64,000 nucleotides of DNA. Origin: Thermoplasmata archaeon. GTDB taxonomy: Archaea; Thermoplasmatota; Thermoplasmata; UBA10834. Location of the stretch: assembly GCA_020696365.1 (NCBI GenBank), contig JAEHCM010000007.1:717-64716 (forward strand), in the 5' to 3' direction. The stretch's first letter is position 1. Each line of letters begins with the position of its first letter. The position numbers and the translations under genes were made by a program. Of this stretch, positions 37,064 to 46,774 are shown piece by piece. The notes below the pieces were generated by a model. That model was not told the DNA's origin. It did not search any database and saw only the letters and a program-made list of their open reading frames with translations.

Positions 37064-37453
37064 TTACTGCTCCTTCTGTACGAGCATGGCGTTCACCACA
37101 CCGTCCTGCCCGCACCGGGAGGTTATCACGGCCTCGCCCAGGTCGGTCATGACGGTCGCGCCCTTGGTCATGATGTTGCGCTGGACGTAGTTGGGATTCG
37201 ACGGGTTGGTCTTCACGGTTAGAATCTTGACCCTCTTGACCACCTTGGTCTTCGGGTCGACGACGTTGGCGGCATCGGCCAGCAGGACGCGGCCCTTATA
37301 ATTCGAACCCTTTGTCCTGTACTGTTTGACCTTTGGGATGCCCAGGCGTGTGAACTGCTTCTCGCGGCCTATCTCGAACTTTCGCTTCTTCCGAGATAGT
37401 CTTATCCTCCCGCCTGAAGCCTTTCTCTTCGGTCTGCCTTGCCAAATAGCCAT
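37064..37453 (-). CDS. rps8e: 30S ribosomal protein eS8
   Basis: 129 aa, MAIWQGRPKRKASGGRIRLSRKKRKFE.... Confidence 0.9.
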   Translation of the reverse strand: MAIWQGRPKRKASGGRIRLSRKKRKFEIGREKQFTRLGIPKVKQYRTKGSNYKGRVLLADAANVVDPKTKVVKRVKILTVKTNPSNPNYVQRNIMTKGATVMTDLGEAVITSRCGQDGVVNAMLVQKEQ

Positions 37454-37486
37454 CTGTTGCCTCGGTGGTTGGGAAAGTGGGAGGGG

Positions 37487-37494
37487 TATTAAAA
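37487..37494 (-). promoter_or_regulatory. TATA box candidate (TTTTAATA) for rps8e
   Basis: 34 nt upstream of the ATG at 37453. Confidence 0.4.
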
Positions 37495-37521
37495 CGTTTT
37501 CGCCCTAGCCTCGCCCACCGC

Positions 37522-38175
37522 TCACATCCTGCACATGCTCACTCTTACACTCTGCTGGATATGTATCTTGGAGTAGTAGCCTTCCTTGGCCGGTCCAGGG
37601 TTGACGAAGACCGTCCCGTCGGATACGATCTCGCCCCTCGCCTCGTGTATGTGCCCGGACAACGCTAGAAGCGGGCGTAGCTCCCCAGCCACGTCGAGGA
37701 GCGCCTTAGAGCCCATGTTGCGCCCTCCCTTCGTGAGATCGTTCATTCCCAAGGGAGGCGTGTGCGTCACCATCACCCCTCCGCGCACACCGATGGCTCT
37801 GATCCTCTCAGCCATCGTCGTCTCATCGATCTCGAAGGGCATCCCGTACGGTGAGGGTGGGGCTCCGCCGAACCCGAAGAACTTCAAACCGTTGATGTCG
37901 ACACGCCTTCCATGAACGCTCGCGCCTGCCTTGGCCAGCAGGCCGACGATCGCGTCCGTGTCGCAGTTGCCAGGCACGCCAAGGACCGGCACCCGAGCCT
38001 GTGCGAGGAAGTCCTTCACATACTTCGGGGAGCCGTTCGTCGTGAAATCCCCGCACACCACCACCGCATCGAAGGCGTCGTCCTCCTGAGCGTTCTTCAG
38101 CACGTCCAGCGCCTTGTCGGACCCGTGCAGGTCTGAGCATACAAGCAGATGCACATCCGTCATCTCGGTCACCAC
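37522..38175 (-). CDS. metallophosphoesterase family protein
   Basis: 217 aa with motifs CSDLHG, CGDFTTNG, GNCD and GHIHE. The start may instead be the ATG at 38163. Confidence 0.8.
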   Translation of the reverse strand: MVTEMTDVHLLVCSDLHGSDKALDVLKNAQEDDAFDAVVVCGDFTTNGSPKYVKDFLAQARVPVLGVPGNCDTDAIVGLLAKAGASVHGRRVDINGLKFFGFGGAPPSPYGMPFEIDETTMAERIRAIGVRGGVMVTHTPPLGMNDLTKGGRNMGSKALLDVAGELRPLLALSGHIHEARGEIVSDGTVFVNPGPAKEGYYSKIHIQQSVRVSMCRM

Positions 38176-39185
38176 GGTATCGTCATTCCGAGCGATGCGT
38201 CGCCGAACACCAGCAGATAGGCGACGACATATCCGGCGACCACCCCTCCGTTCAGAAGGGGCAGCCCTGCCTGCGGGTTACCCCGGAGCACGAACCTCAT
38301 CAGAATCGCGAATCCCAGCAGGGCGCCGGCCATCGCTCCGAGCGCCACGAGTAGGTTGCCAGGGAGGCCAGCCACTGCCTCGTCGCTGAGGCAATAGAAT
38401 GCGGACGAAATCAGCACGCCCGGGATGATTATATCTCCGAGTCCCATGAACATCGCGTCCCTCTCTCGCTTCTCCTCGATCTCCTCCCTCAGGGGACGCT
38501 GCTTCAGGTACGAGTAGCCAAGCTTCTTGGGGATGACGAGAAGGATCGGCAGCTTCATCTGGGTCACCCCGTCCGCGAGAGCCACCATGTGTTTCGTGCC
38601 GTACACGGAGATCGCGTCATATACGGCGAGCGCGACTAGCAACACCATGACGGGCAGGATCTGGAGGGAGATGCCGAGTATGCCGATCACACCTGTCGCC
38701 ACGAGCAGCCCCGTCGCGTCGATGACATACCACTCAGGCTTCTTCACCAGGCAGTATGTGAGTACGCCCGTGAGACCGAGTGCCCCGAAGAACGCGAACG
38801 CTCCATCTCCTATGTCGGCCGTGAACTCCGCCAGCACGAGCCAAAGCACCAGGAACATCGTGTACGCGACCGCTCCGAGGAATATGACTTTGACGAGGTT
38901 CTCCCTCTTCTTCTTTATTATGTACAGTACGAGGAGGGTGAAGAGTACGATGGCCGCGAGGTAGTATATCGGTATCAAGGGGTCGTTGGGGTTCTCGAAC
39001 GCTTGATACTCCTCGCCAAGGACAGAGCTGACCATGAGCATGGCGCCTATCTGCGCGGCACAGAACATGATGCCCATGACGATGACCGCCCTGGTCGACG
39101 ACTGCATCGGCCCGCTATTCAGCAGCGTCACAGAAATAGTTTGCGCAGTGGTCGCAAGCGGAAAAACATCATATATCTCCAACAT
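38169..39185 (-). CDS. presenilin/signal-peptide-peptidase-like intramembrane aspartyl protease (A22 family)
   Basis: 338 aa polytopic protein with LAVYDAISVY (YD), FMGLGDIIIPG (GxGD) and a PAL-like GLPLLNGG. Confidence 0.8.
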   Translation of the reverse strand: MLEIYDVFPLATTAQTISVTLLNSGPMQSSTRAVIVMGIMFCAAQIGAMLMVSSVLGEEYQAFENPNDPLIPIYYLAAIVLFTLLVLYIIKKKRENLVKVIFLGAVAYTMFLVLWLVLAEFTADIGDGAFAFFGALGLTGVLTYCLVKKPEWYVIDATGLLVATGVIGILGISLQILPVMVLLVALAVYDAISVYGTKHMVALADGVTQMKLPILLVIPKKLGYSYLKQRPLREEIEEKRERDAMFMGLGDIIIPGVLISSAFYCLSDEAVAGLPGNLLVALGAMAGALLGFAILMRFVLRGNPQAGLPLLNGGVVAGYVVAYLLVFGDASLGMTIPW

Positions 39186-39197
39186 GGTCTACTCCGT

Positions 39198-40097
39198 GTG
39201 CCTGATCTAGATGTCCTGAAGGTAGACGCGTTCACCCGCGAGCCGCTGGCTGGAAACCCCGCGGCGGTCGTTCTCGACGCGGACCAGCTGGACGAGATGC
39301 AGATGCAGCGCGTGGCCGTCGAGATGGCCGTGAAATCCACGGCTTTCGTCATGAGGTCCAAGAAGGCCGATGTCAGGCTGCGGTACTTCACGCCGGTGTC
39401 CGAGGAGCCGATATGCGGCCATTCGACGATAGGCGCCCTCTCCGCCCTGGCGGAACTGGAGGCGTTCGGTAGTTCACCTGGAGGCCGTCGTAGGCTCGAG
39501 ACGACGCTGGGCATCCTCCCGTTCCATGTCGAGAGGACGGGTGACGGGGAAATCACGATATGGATGACGCAGAGGAAGCCCATGTTCGCAGGCGTCGATG
39601 ACGTCACCGGGGTGGCTAGCGCCCTCGGGATCGACGTGGACAAGATGTTTCACGAGGAGTTCCCCATCTGCAGAGCATCCACCGGTATCCCCTGCCTGCT
39701 CGTATCTGTTCGTTCACTGGACGCTATCGAGCGCTTGGAGCCTAAGCAGGCGGAGGTCTTCGAGCTCGCGAGAGAGCACGAGGTGAACGCCGTGTACGTC
39801 TATACGTGGAACGTCGTGGACAGGGATTCTACGCTTCATGCGAGATGCTTTGCGGTCACTCCCGACTATCACGAGGACCCAGCGTCAGCGATGCCCGCGG
39901 GTGCTTTATGCTCCTACCTGGCACAACACGAGTTCATCCCCAGGGACAGACTAGACTGCATAGTCGTCGAGCAGGGCACTTGGCTCGGGAGACGCTCTAG
40001 GATCCTAGCCAGGATAGAGAAACGCGGCTCCGTGATAAGAAAGGTCGAGGTCGGCGGCTCCGCCTTCGTGTCCCTCAGGGGAAAGCTGACAGTCTGA
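39198..40097 (+). CDS. PhzF-family isomerase
   Basis: ...LKVDAFTREPLAGNPAAVV...EEPICGHSTIGAL.... Start provisionally the GTG at 39198. The ORF-track start at 39003 overlaps the protease gene. Confidence 0.75.
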   Translation: MPDLDVLKVDAFTREPLAGNPAAVVLDADQLDEMQMQRVAVEMAVKSTAFVMRSKKADVRLRYFTPVSEEPICGHSTIGALSALAELEAFGSSPGGRRRLETTLGILPFHVERTGDGEITIWMTQRKPMFAGVDDVTGVASALGIDVDKMFHEEFPICRASTGIPCLLVSVRSLDAIERLEPKQAEVFELAREHEVNAVYVYTWNVVDRDSTLHARCFAVTPDYHEDPASAMPAGALCSYLAQHEFIPRDRLDCIVVEQGTWLGRRSRILARIEKRGSVIRKVEVGGSAFVSLRGKLTV

Positions 40098-40109
40098 CCG
40101 GCCGAAAAA

Positions 40110-40748
40110 TCACGAGACTCTGGTGCCGAACGCCATGCTCCCGGTGACCTTGTCTATCTTGGCCTTCACCTGGGTGCCTTTCGCGCTGCCAGATATGTAG
40201 ATGATGAACCGTCCCTTCCTGGCGATCCCGTCTCCCTTCCTACCGACATCCTCGATCATGAGGTCGTATGTCTTCCCCGCCTCGATGTCGTCCGCCTCCT
40301 GCTGCTTCACTTGCTTGCGCACATGCACCGGTCTGTGTGCGCCACATGTCTCGCATGTGAGGATGAGCACCCTTCCGTCCTTCACTATCTTCGTATCAGG
40401 ACGGTCGCACTCTGAGCACAGGACATACTCGTCCACGTAGCTCTCTATCCGGTCGGCGATCTGCGCGGTGGCGACCTTACCCTTGAACACGACCCTTTGT
40501 CCATCGAGGGTCCCTGCCGTTCCAAGCTCCCTCAGCAGGTATCCGAACACGTGCTCAGGCTCTCTCCTGAGACTCTCGGCTATGGCACCGAAATTGCGTA
40601 TGACTGTCGTCTTGCCTTCGATCATGACATCCGGCTCGGGGATCTGGAACCGGTCATGCGCCTCGAGAGTCTGCGGCAGCTCCTTCTTGGCTCTGTCGAG
40701 CAGAGTTTCGTAGTCGAGGCTCTTGTCTAGTGCCATACCTGGCACCAT
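40110..40748 (-). CDS. translation initiation factor aIF2 beta with C-terminal TRAM-like domain
   Basis: 212 aa. aIF2beta core with zinc ribbon CSECDRPDT...CETCGA, then GKTYDLMIEDVGRKGDGIARKGRFIIYISGSAKGTQVKAKIDKV. Confidence 0.85.
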   Translation of the reverse strand: MVPGMALDKSLDYETLLDRAKKELPQTLEAHDRFQIPEPDVMIEGKTTVIRNFGAIAESLRREPEHVFGYLLRELGTAGTLDGQRVVFKGKVATAQIADRIESYVDEYVLCSECDRPDTKIVKDGRVLILTCETCGAHRPVHVRKQVKQQEADDIEAGKTYDLMIEDVGRKGDGIARKGRFIIYISGSAKGTQVKAKIDKVTGSMAFGTRVS

Positions 40749-40913
40749 AGCATGATTTCGTAGTTAAAACTATTGCAGCATGACCGAGCCATGATAGCGC
40801 TCCGGTCGAACGTGTGGTGTGTGAGCGTCATCATTATCCAGAGACGCCGATTGGCGCGAAACGTTTAAGGATGACTCTATACAATCGGGCGGTAGAGACT
40901 TCTGCCGCAGAGG

Positions 40914-43900
40914 GTGAACCAGACGAATCACCTGTCCCTCCCCGACGGGCCGATGGCCGGTAATATTCCCAAGCTGGGCGAGCACAGGTTCTCCCTTTTC
41001 GACCTTGTGCCTGACGACGTATCCGTGATACGGGACGACCGCACCATCACCTTCCTGAACCACCGGATGAGGGAGCGATACGGAGACCTTGCTGGCAAGA
41101 AGTGTTTCGAGACCTCGCTTTCATCTCCCGAAGTGTGCGGCGGCTGCCCGCTACGTTCCGATGTCGGCTCCGTCCGATATCCACACAGGAGGACCGCCCA
41201 CACCTCCGGAGGAAGAGTGCTGGACATCACGACGAACAGATACGAGGACATCGACGCCGGCAGCTCGTACTTGGTCTGTGTGATTCACGACGCCACCGAG
41301 CGTAGGGATGGTGAGTTGCATACGGATCGGCTCGCATCGTCTCTGGACCACATGTCCGAGGCCATTGCCCTGTTCGATGTCGACGGAAGGGTCGTTTACG
41401 CCAACCAGTCGTTCTCGATAATGATGGATGTGGAGATGAGAGATGCCATCGGGAAGTCGCTGGACGCTCTCACCGAAGGATCGTCGACCGACCTTCCGGT
41501 CAGCAGGATATTGTCGTCCCGTGAGAACTCCGGATGGAGCGGCGAGACCTCCGCCGTCACAAAGGACGGTTCGAAATCGTTCATCAACATCGATGCGAGG
41601 CCCGTCCACGACCGTGCTGGCAAAGCCATCGGGATCGTCGCCAACTTCAGAGACATCACCCAGGAGCGTCAGGAGAAGGCCGAGACCGAACGCTATCGCT
41701 CGCAGCTGGAGAAGAGGATGGAGCAGAGGACCGCGGAGCTTGCGCACAGGGTCAACCAGCTGACGATGATAAACAAGATAAGCCGCGTGGTCACATCGAT
41801 CCTCGACCCCGAGGACCTGATGCAGGAATTCACGAAGTCCATATCATCCGGGTTCGGCTATCCGATCGTGGCGATACTTCTCTGGGACAGGGAAAAGGGC
41901 GAGCTGCACTACAAGGCAGGTGCCGGAAGTGATGTGGAAAGCTTCTTGGGTCATCGAGGGCAGAAGATGAAGGAAGGCCTGATCGGTCACGCAGCCTATT
42001 TCTCCGAGACGCTCGTCACTGGCGACGTCGATGCAGACCCCCGGTTCATACGGGGATACGTGACCGACACGAAATCCGAGATCGCCGTCCCTCTCACCTA
42101 TAGGGGCGAGCTGATAGGTGTGCTCGACATCCAGAGCGACCAGAGGGACGCCTTCACGAGAAGCGACGTGACGGTTCTGGAGATGCTCGCGGACATACTC
42201 TCGACCGCGCTGATCAACGCTCGGACGTTCAGTGAGCTCAAGGAGCGGGAGAACGCCCTGTCTGTCTTGGATAGGGTCAGCAAGCAGATATCGATGCGGC
42301 TGGAGCCGAAGATCATATTCGAACAGATCGCGAAGGACGCGGCGTCGTTGCTGAATGCGGAGAAATCCCTCGTGGGATTGGCGGACTCAGACAAGGACTA
42401 CCTGAACTGGGTGGCGTTCCACAACATAGACGCGGCCACGATGGAGAAGTTGCGTCACTCGATCGAGAGCGGCGTGACCGGAAGAGTCCTGAGGCGCGGC
42501 ACGGCCGAGATCGTGAACGAGTACGAATTCGACCCGGATGCAGTTCCGAAAGCTGCCAATCTGATGGACATCAGGTCGATGGTCTCCGCGCCTCTGATGG
42601 TCGGGGGCAGGCCGGTCGGAGTCATCAACGCATACAACAGGCGTGACAGCGAGGACTTCAAGAAGAGCGATGCGGTCCTTCTCTCCTCTCTTGCGGACCA
42701 CGTCGCGATTGCGCTTGAGAACGCCAACCTGCTTGCGGACCTTAACACGAGGATACACTCGCAGCTGATTCTTCTGGATACGGCCGTATCGCTCCAGCGG
42801 GTCATCGACTCGAGCGGCATCTATCAGACGGTCGCGGAGAAGCTCGGGGAGGTCGTTTGGTACGACGGCGTGAGCGTCTACAAGGTTGATCACGAGAACA
42901 AGATGATGGTGCCCGTCGTCGCCATCGGACGGAACTCATCTGAGATCATGAATGAAGTCTTTCCCATTAGCGAAGGTTTGTCGGGCCACGTCGCACAAAC
43001 AGGCGTCGCGGAGATCGTCAACGACACGTTGATCGACGACCGGGCGGCGCTGGTGAGCGGCACGGCGGACGATGTCGAGCAGGAGGCCCTCATGGCCGTT
43101 CCGATGAAGGGCAGGGACGGCGTCATGGCGGTCCTGGCCATGTACAGGGAGACCGGCGGAAAGTTCTCGAACGCAGAGAGGGACATAGCCCTGCTGTTCG
43201 CCAACCAGGCGGCGGTGGCGGTGGAGAACTTCGAACTCAGCAGCTCGAGGGAGCGGATGCTGGAGGATACTCGAGTCAAGATACTCCAGATGACGAAGGT
43301 GCTCGAGGTAACGACGTCCATCATGTACATGGATGACCTCGATACCGTCCTACAGCGCGTCTCCGAAGCGGTGGTCGAATCGTTCGGTTTCAAGAGGGCG
43401 GAAGTACTGATGCTCGATGAGACTACGGGCGAGTTCATCATTTCGGGGTTATCAGGATTCCCGGAATGGATTCAGAGAGGAACCGTATCCGAAATGGATG
43501 TCGCAGTCGAGGGATTGAGACCCGAGTTCAAGGTCAGCGAGACGGCGCACTACATGCCGTACGAGCGCCAGCAGTTCGATGTCGACCGGTTCTACTTCCT
43601 CGCCAATCCGGGGCTGGCCGACCGCCCGAGGGAGTCGCCCGACGCGTGGCACGAGCGGGACCTGCTCGTGTTCGCCATGAAGGACCGCAGCAATCAGCTG
43701 ATAGGGTACATGCTCGTCGACGAGCCGACCGATCTCAAGGTGCCGAGGAAGGAGCAGCTCGAAGTCCTCGAGATACTCGCCGGCATGGCATCGATCGCGG
43801 TCGTCAACTATCGCCTCTTCGGGGAACAGGTGGACGCGGTCAACGAGATCGCGCTGCTCAACGACCTCATGACGCACGACATCAACAACTTCAACCAGGG

Positions 43901-44543
43901 CATCATGGGATATCTCGAGCTGCTGCTCGAGGACGAGCGCCTGCAGGAGAACCAGAGGAAGTACGCCGAGAGGGCCCTCGTTCAGGTCAGGAACAACGCC
44001 GGGCTGATAGACAACATGCGCACCCTCGCTAAGGTGAGGACGGCGGACGAACAGGACTACTCGTCCCAGGACCTCGGCTTCGCGGTGAACGACGCCATCG
44101 CCGTCGTGGAAAGGATGTACACCGACAGGCAGGTCACAGTCGTGTCAATGATACCTCCCAAGGAGTGTTTCGTGAGGGCCGACAAGTTCCTCAGGGAGCT
44201 CTTCGTCAACGTGCTGTCCAACGCCGTCAAGTTCGACCAGTCGAAGCAAGTGAAGGTGGATGTTTCGGTGGAGCAGGAACGCGCTTCGGACGACGAGTAC
44301 TGGCTCATTTCGATAACCGACCGCGGCCGTGGCGTCCCCGATGACCGGAAGAAGACCGTGTTCGAACGGTTCGCCACGGGTGTGACCGGCGTAAAAGGGT
44401 TCGGGCTCGGCCTGTCCATCGTGAGCACGATGGTCGACAGATTCGGCGGGAGGATATGGGTCGAGGATCGGGTTCCGGGGGACTACGCCAAGGGAGCGGT
44501 TTTCAGGATCCTGCTACCCAGGGCGGAAGCGGTCGAGGAGTGA
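40914..44543 (+). CDS. multi-sensor histidine kinase (2 PAS, ~4 GAF, HisKA, HATPase_c)
   Basis: 1209 aa. H-box MTHDINNFNQGIMGYLELL; ATPase motifs NAVKF, DRGRGVP, GFGLGLSIV. The start is either the GTG at 40914 or the ATG at 40953. Confidence 0.85.
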   Translation: MNQTNHLSLPDGPMAGNIPKLGEHRFSLFDLVPDDVSVIRDDRTITFLNHRMRERYGDLAGKKCFETSLSSPEVCGGCPLRSDVGSVRYPHRRTAHTSGGRVLDITTNRYEDIDAGSSYLVCVIHDATERRDGELHTDRLASSLDHMSEAIALFDVDGRVVYANQSFSIMMDVEMRDAIGKSLDALTEGSSTDLPVSRILSSRENSGWSGETSAVTKDGSKSFINIDARPVHDRAGKAIGIVANFRDITQERQEKAETERYRSQLEKRMEQRTAELAHRVNQLTMINKISRVVTSILDPEDLMQEFTKSISSGFGYPIVAILLWDREKGELHYKAGAGSDVESFLGHRGQKMKEGLIGHAAYFSETLVTGDVDADPRFIRGYVTDTKSEIAVPLTYRGELIGVLDIQSDQRDAFTRSDVTVLEMLADILSTALINARTFSELKERENALSVLDRVSKQISMRLEPKIIFEQIAKDAASLLNAEKSLVGLADSDKDYLNWVAFHNIDAATMEKLRHSIESGVTGRVLRRGTAEIVNEYEFDPDAVPKAANLMDIRSMVSAPLMVGGRPVGVINAYNRRDSEDFKKSDAVLLSSLADHVAIALENANLLADLNTRIHSQLILLDTAVSLQRVIDSSGIYQTVAEKLGEVVWYDGVSVYKVDHENKMMVPVVAIGRNSSEIMNEVFPISEGLSGHVAQTGVAEIVNDTLIDDRAALVSGTADDVEQEALMAVPMKGRDGVMAVLAMYRETGGKFSNAERDIALLFANQAAVAVENFELSSSRERMLEDTRVKILQMTKVLEVTTSIMYMDDLDTVLQRVSEAVVESFGFKRAEVLMLDETTGEFIISGLSGFPEWIQRGTVSEMDVAVEGLRPEFKVSETAHYMPYERQQFDVDRFYFLANPGLADRPRESPDAWHERDLLVFAMKDRSNQLIGYMLVDEPTDLKVPRKEQLEVLEILAGMASIAVVNYRLFGEQVDAVNEIALLNDLMTHDINNFNQGIMGYLELLLEDERLQENQRKYAERALVQVRNNAGLIDNMRTLAKVRTADEQDYSSQDLGFAVNDAIAVVERMYTDRQVTVVSMIPPKECFVRADKFLRELFVNVLSNAVKFDQSKQVKVDVSVEQERASDDEYWLISITDRGRGVPDDRKKTVFERFATGVTGVKGFGLGLSIVSTMVDRFGGRIWVEDRVPGDYAKGAVFRILLPRAEAVEE

Positions 44544-44559
44544 GCGGCTGGTTCGTCGT

Positions 44560-46173
44560 TCACGCCTTCTTGCGCTTCTTCGAAAAGTCGAGTGCCGCTT
44601 TGACCAGACCGTAGTGCATCGGTGCTGGCTTCTGCGGCCTCGATTTGAACTCTGGGTGGAACTGGGACCCCATGAAGAACGGGTGCCCTTCGAGCTCAGC
44701 GATCTCCATCTTCCTTCCGTCCGGAGACCTGCCAGTGAACTTCAGCCCCTTCTCCTGTATCCTGTCTATGTATTGTGGGTTTATCTCGAACCTGTGCCTG
44801 TGCCTCTCGCTGATAGTCGTCGCGCCGTATAACTTGTACGCGGTCGTCCCCTTCTCTACATCGATGTCCTGTGCCCCCAACCTCATGGTCGCGCCCTTCT
44901 TGATGACGTTCTTCTGCTCAGGTAGGAGGTCGACGACCGGGTGCGATGTATGTGGTTCGAACTCCGTGGAGTTGGCATCGTGGAACATCAGCACATTCCT
45001 CGAGAATTCCACTACCGCCAGCTGGAAGCCCAGGCACACGCCCAGGAAGGGTACATCGTTTTCGCGGGCGTACTTGATCGCCTCGGTTTTCCCGTCGGTC
45101 CCGCGCGAGCCGAACCCTCCCGGTATCAGTATCCCATCGGCCTCCTCCAGGAGTCGCAAGCTCTCCTCGTTCGTGATGTCCTCCGCCTCCATCCTGAGGA
45201 AGGTGACCTTCGCGTTCAGCTCAGCCCCCGCGTGGGTGAGCGCCTCGTAGTGGCTCATGTACGAATCGTACTGTTCCATGTACTTCCCGACCAGGAGTAT
45301 CTTCGCCTCCTTCCTCGGGTTCATCACCTTGTCCAGGAACTTCTTCCAGTCCGCGAGGCCGTTCTCAGGGACGTCCAACTTCATCCTGTCCAGCAGGTAG
45401 TCCGTCAGCCCCTGCTCCTCGAGGAACAGGGGTACCTGGTAGATCGACTTGGCGTCGGGCGCGCTTATCACAGCGTTCAATGGGACATCGCAGAATAGCG
45501 CGATCTTCCTGCGGGCGCTATCCTCGAGCGGCCTCTCGGACCGCGCGACGATCACGTCGGGCTGTATGCCTATGGCCCTCATCTCCTTCACGGAGTGCTG
45601 AGTTGGCTTGGTCTTCTGCTCCTTGAGCGTCCCGAGGGTCGGGACGAGCGTCGTGTGGACGAACACGTAGTTCTCGTCCCCCATCTCCGAGTGCATCTGC
45701 CTCATCGCCTCGAGGAAAGGCATCGACTCGATGTCTCCCACCGTCCCCCCGAGTTCGACAATGAGGACGTCCGCGCCGGACTTCCTGCCGGCCTCAGACA
45801 TCATCGACTTGATCTCGTTGGTGATGTGCGGTATGATCTGGACCGTCTTTCCGAGGAAGTTCCCATCCCTCTCCTTCTCGATCACGCTGCCGTATACCTT
45901 CCCGGTAGTCATGACGTGGTCGCTGGTCAGGATCGTATCGAGGTATCTCTCATAGTTGCCTAGGTCGAGGTCCGCCTCTCCTCCGTCGTCGAGCACGAAC
46001 ACCTCCCCGTGCTCGAACGGGTTGAGAGTGCCAGCATCGAAATTGAGGTAGGGGTCTATCTTCATCGCTGTGACCTTGATCCCCCTCGCCTTCAGAACAC
46101 ATCCGATCGAGGACGACGTGATGCCTTTCCCAAGGCCGGACAAAACACCTCCCGTGACAATGATATACTTCAT
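44560..46173 (-). CDS. pyrG: CTP synthase
   Basis: ATG at 46173: [22 protein letters not shown].... The ORF-track 60-aa extension is non-homologous. Confidence 0.95.
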   Translation of the reverse strand: MKYIIVTGGVLSGLGKGITSSSIGCVLKARGIKVTAMKIDPYLNFDAGTLNPFEHGEVFVLDDGGEADLDLGNYERYLDTILTSDHVMTTGKVYGSVIEKERDGNFLGKTVQIIPHITNEIKSMMSEAGRKSGADVLIVELGGTVGDIESMPFLEAMRQMHSEMGDENYVFVHTTLVPTLGTLKEQKTKPTQHSVKEMRAIGIQPDVIVARSERPLEDSARRKIALFCDVPLNAVISAPDAKSIYQVPLFLEEQGLTDYLLDRMKLDVPENGLADWKKFLDKVMNPRKEAKILLVGKYMEQYDSYMSHYEALTHAGAELNAKVTFLRMEAEDITNEESLRLLEEADGILIPGGFGSRGTDGKTEAIKYARENDVPFLGVCLGFQLAVVEFSRNVLMFHDANSTEFEPHTSHPVVDLLPEQKNVIKKGATMRLGAQDIDVEKGTTAYKLYGATTISERHRHRFEINPQYIDRIQEKGLKFTGRSPDGRKMEIAELEGHPFFMGSQFHPEFKSRPQKPAPMHYGLVKAALDFSKKRKKA

Positions 46174-46258
46174 CTTATCCTCACGGGATTCGGAGAATGG
46201 GGTAGTCCGACATAAAGATTTGCAGTGCGTTGGACCTGCCATGTGCGGACGTGACAGG

Positions 46259-46774
46259 TCATCCGTTCCTTTCCTGCATAAGGCGCGACAGGGTCGCCAC
46301 GACCGCTGCGACCGACCTTCCCACCTCTTGGGACACCTCGGCCCTGAACTCAAGGCACTTCGGCTGTATCGCGACGATGGCGACCTTCTTGCCGCTCCTC
46401 TCGATGATGGCCGCCATGAGCGCCACAGGGACCCTGTGCGTGGAGATCTCCGTGTCCTTTATCTGGTCTCGCGTGACGATCCCGATAGTCCCCGGCGGCG
46501 CCTTGAGGTCTCCCGCGTCGACGAAGAGCACGGTTCCGGGGCCGGTCTTCTGCGAGATGTCCAGCACCACACCTTCGACGCCGTCATGTTCCGAAAATGA
46601 ATAGTCGGGAAAGGTTTTCTTCAAGGTGTTTGCCACGAGCACTCCCGCGCCGTCGTCGGCCTTGTCGACGTATCCGAGCCCGAGGACGTAGACGGGTCCC
46701 TCCCCGACCACGGTCTCGACGGCCTCGGTCAGAGCCTCTTCAGGGTCACCAGGTGTGTGGCGCAGCTTATGCAT
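46259..46774 (-). CDS. hydrogenase maturation endopeptidase
   Basis: 171 aa, ...[15 protein letters not shown]...FVDAGD...ISTHRVPV.... The annotated start overlaps hydA by 46 nt, so the true start may be further downstream. Confidence 0.75.
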   Translation of the reverse strand: MHKLRHTPGDPEEALTEAVETVVGEGPVYVLGLGYVDKADDGAGVLVANTLKKTFPDYSFSEHDGVEGVVLDISQKTGPGTVLFVDAGDLKAPPGTIGIVTRDQIKDTEISTHRVPVALMAAIIERSGKKVAIVAIQPKCLEFRAEVSQEVGRSVAAVVATLSRLMQERNG

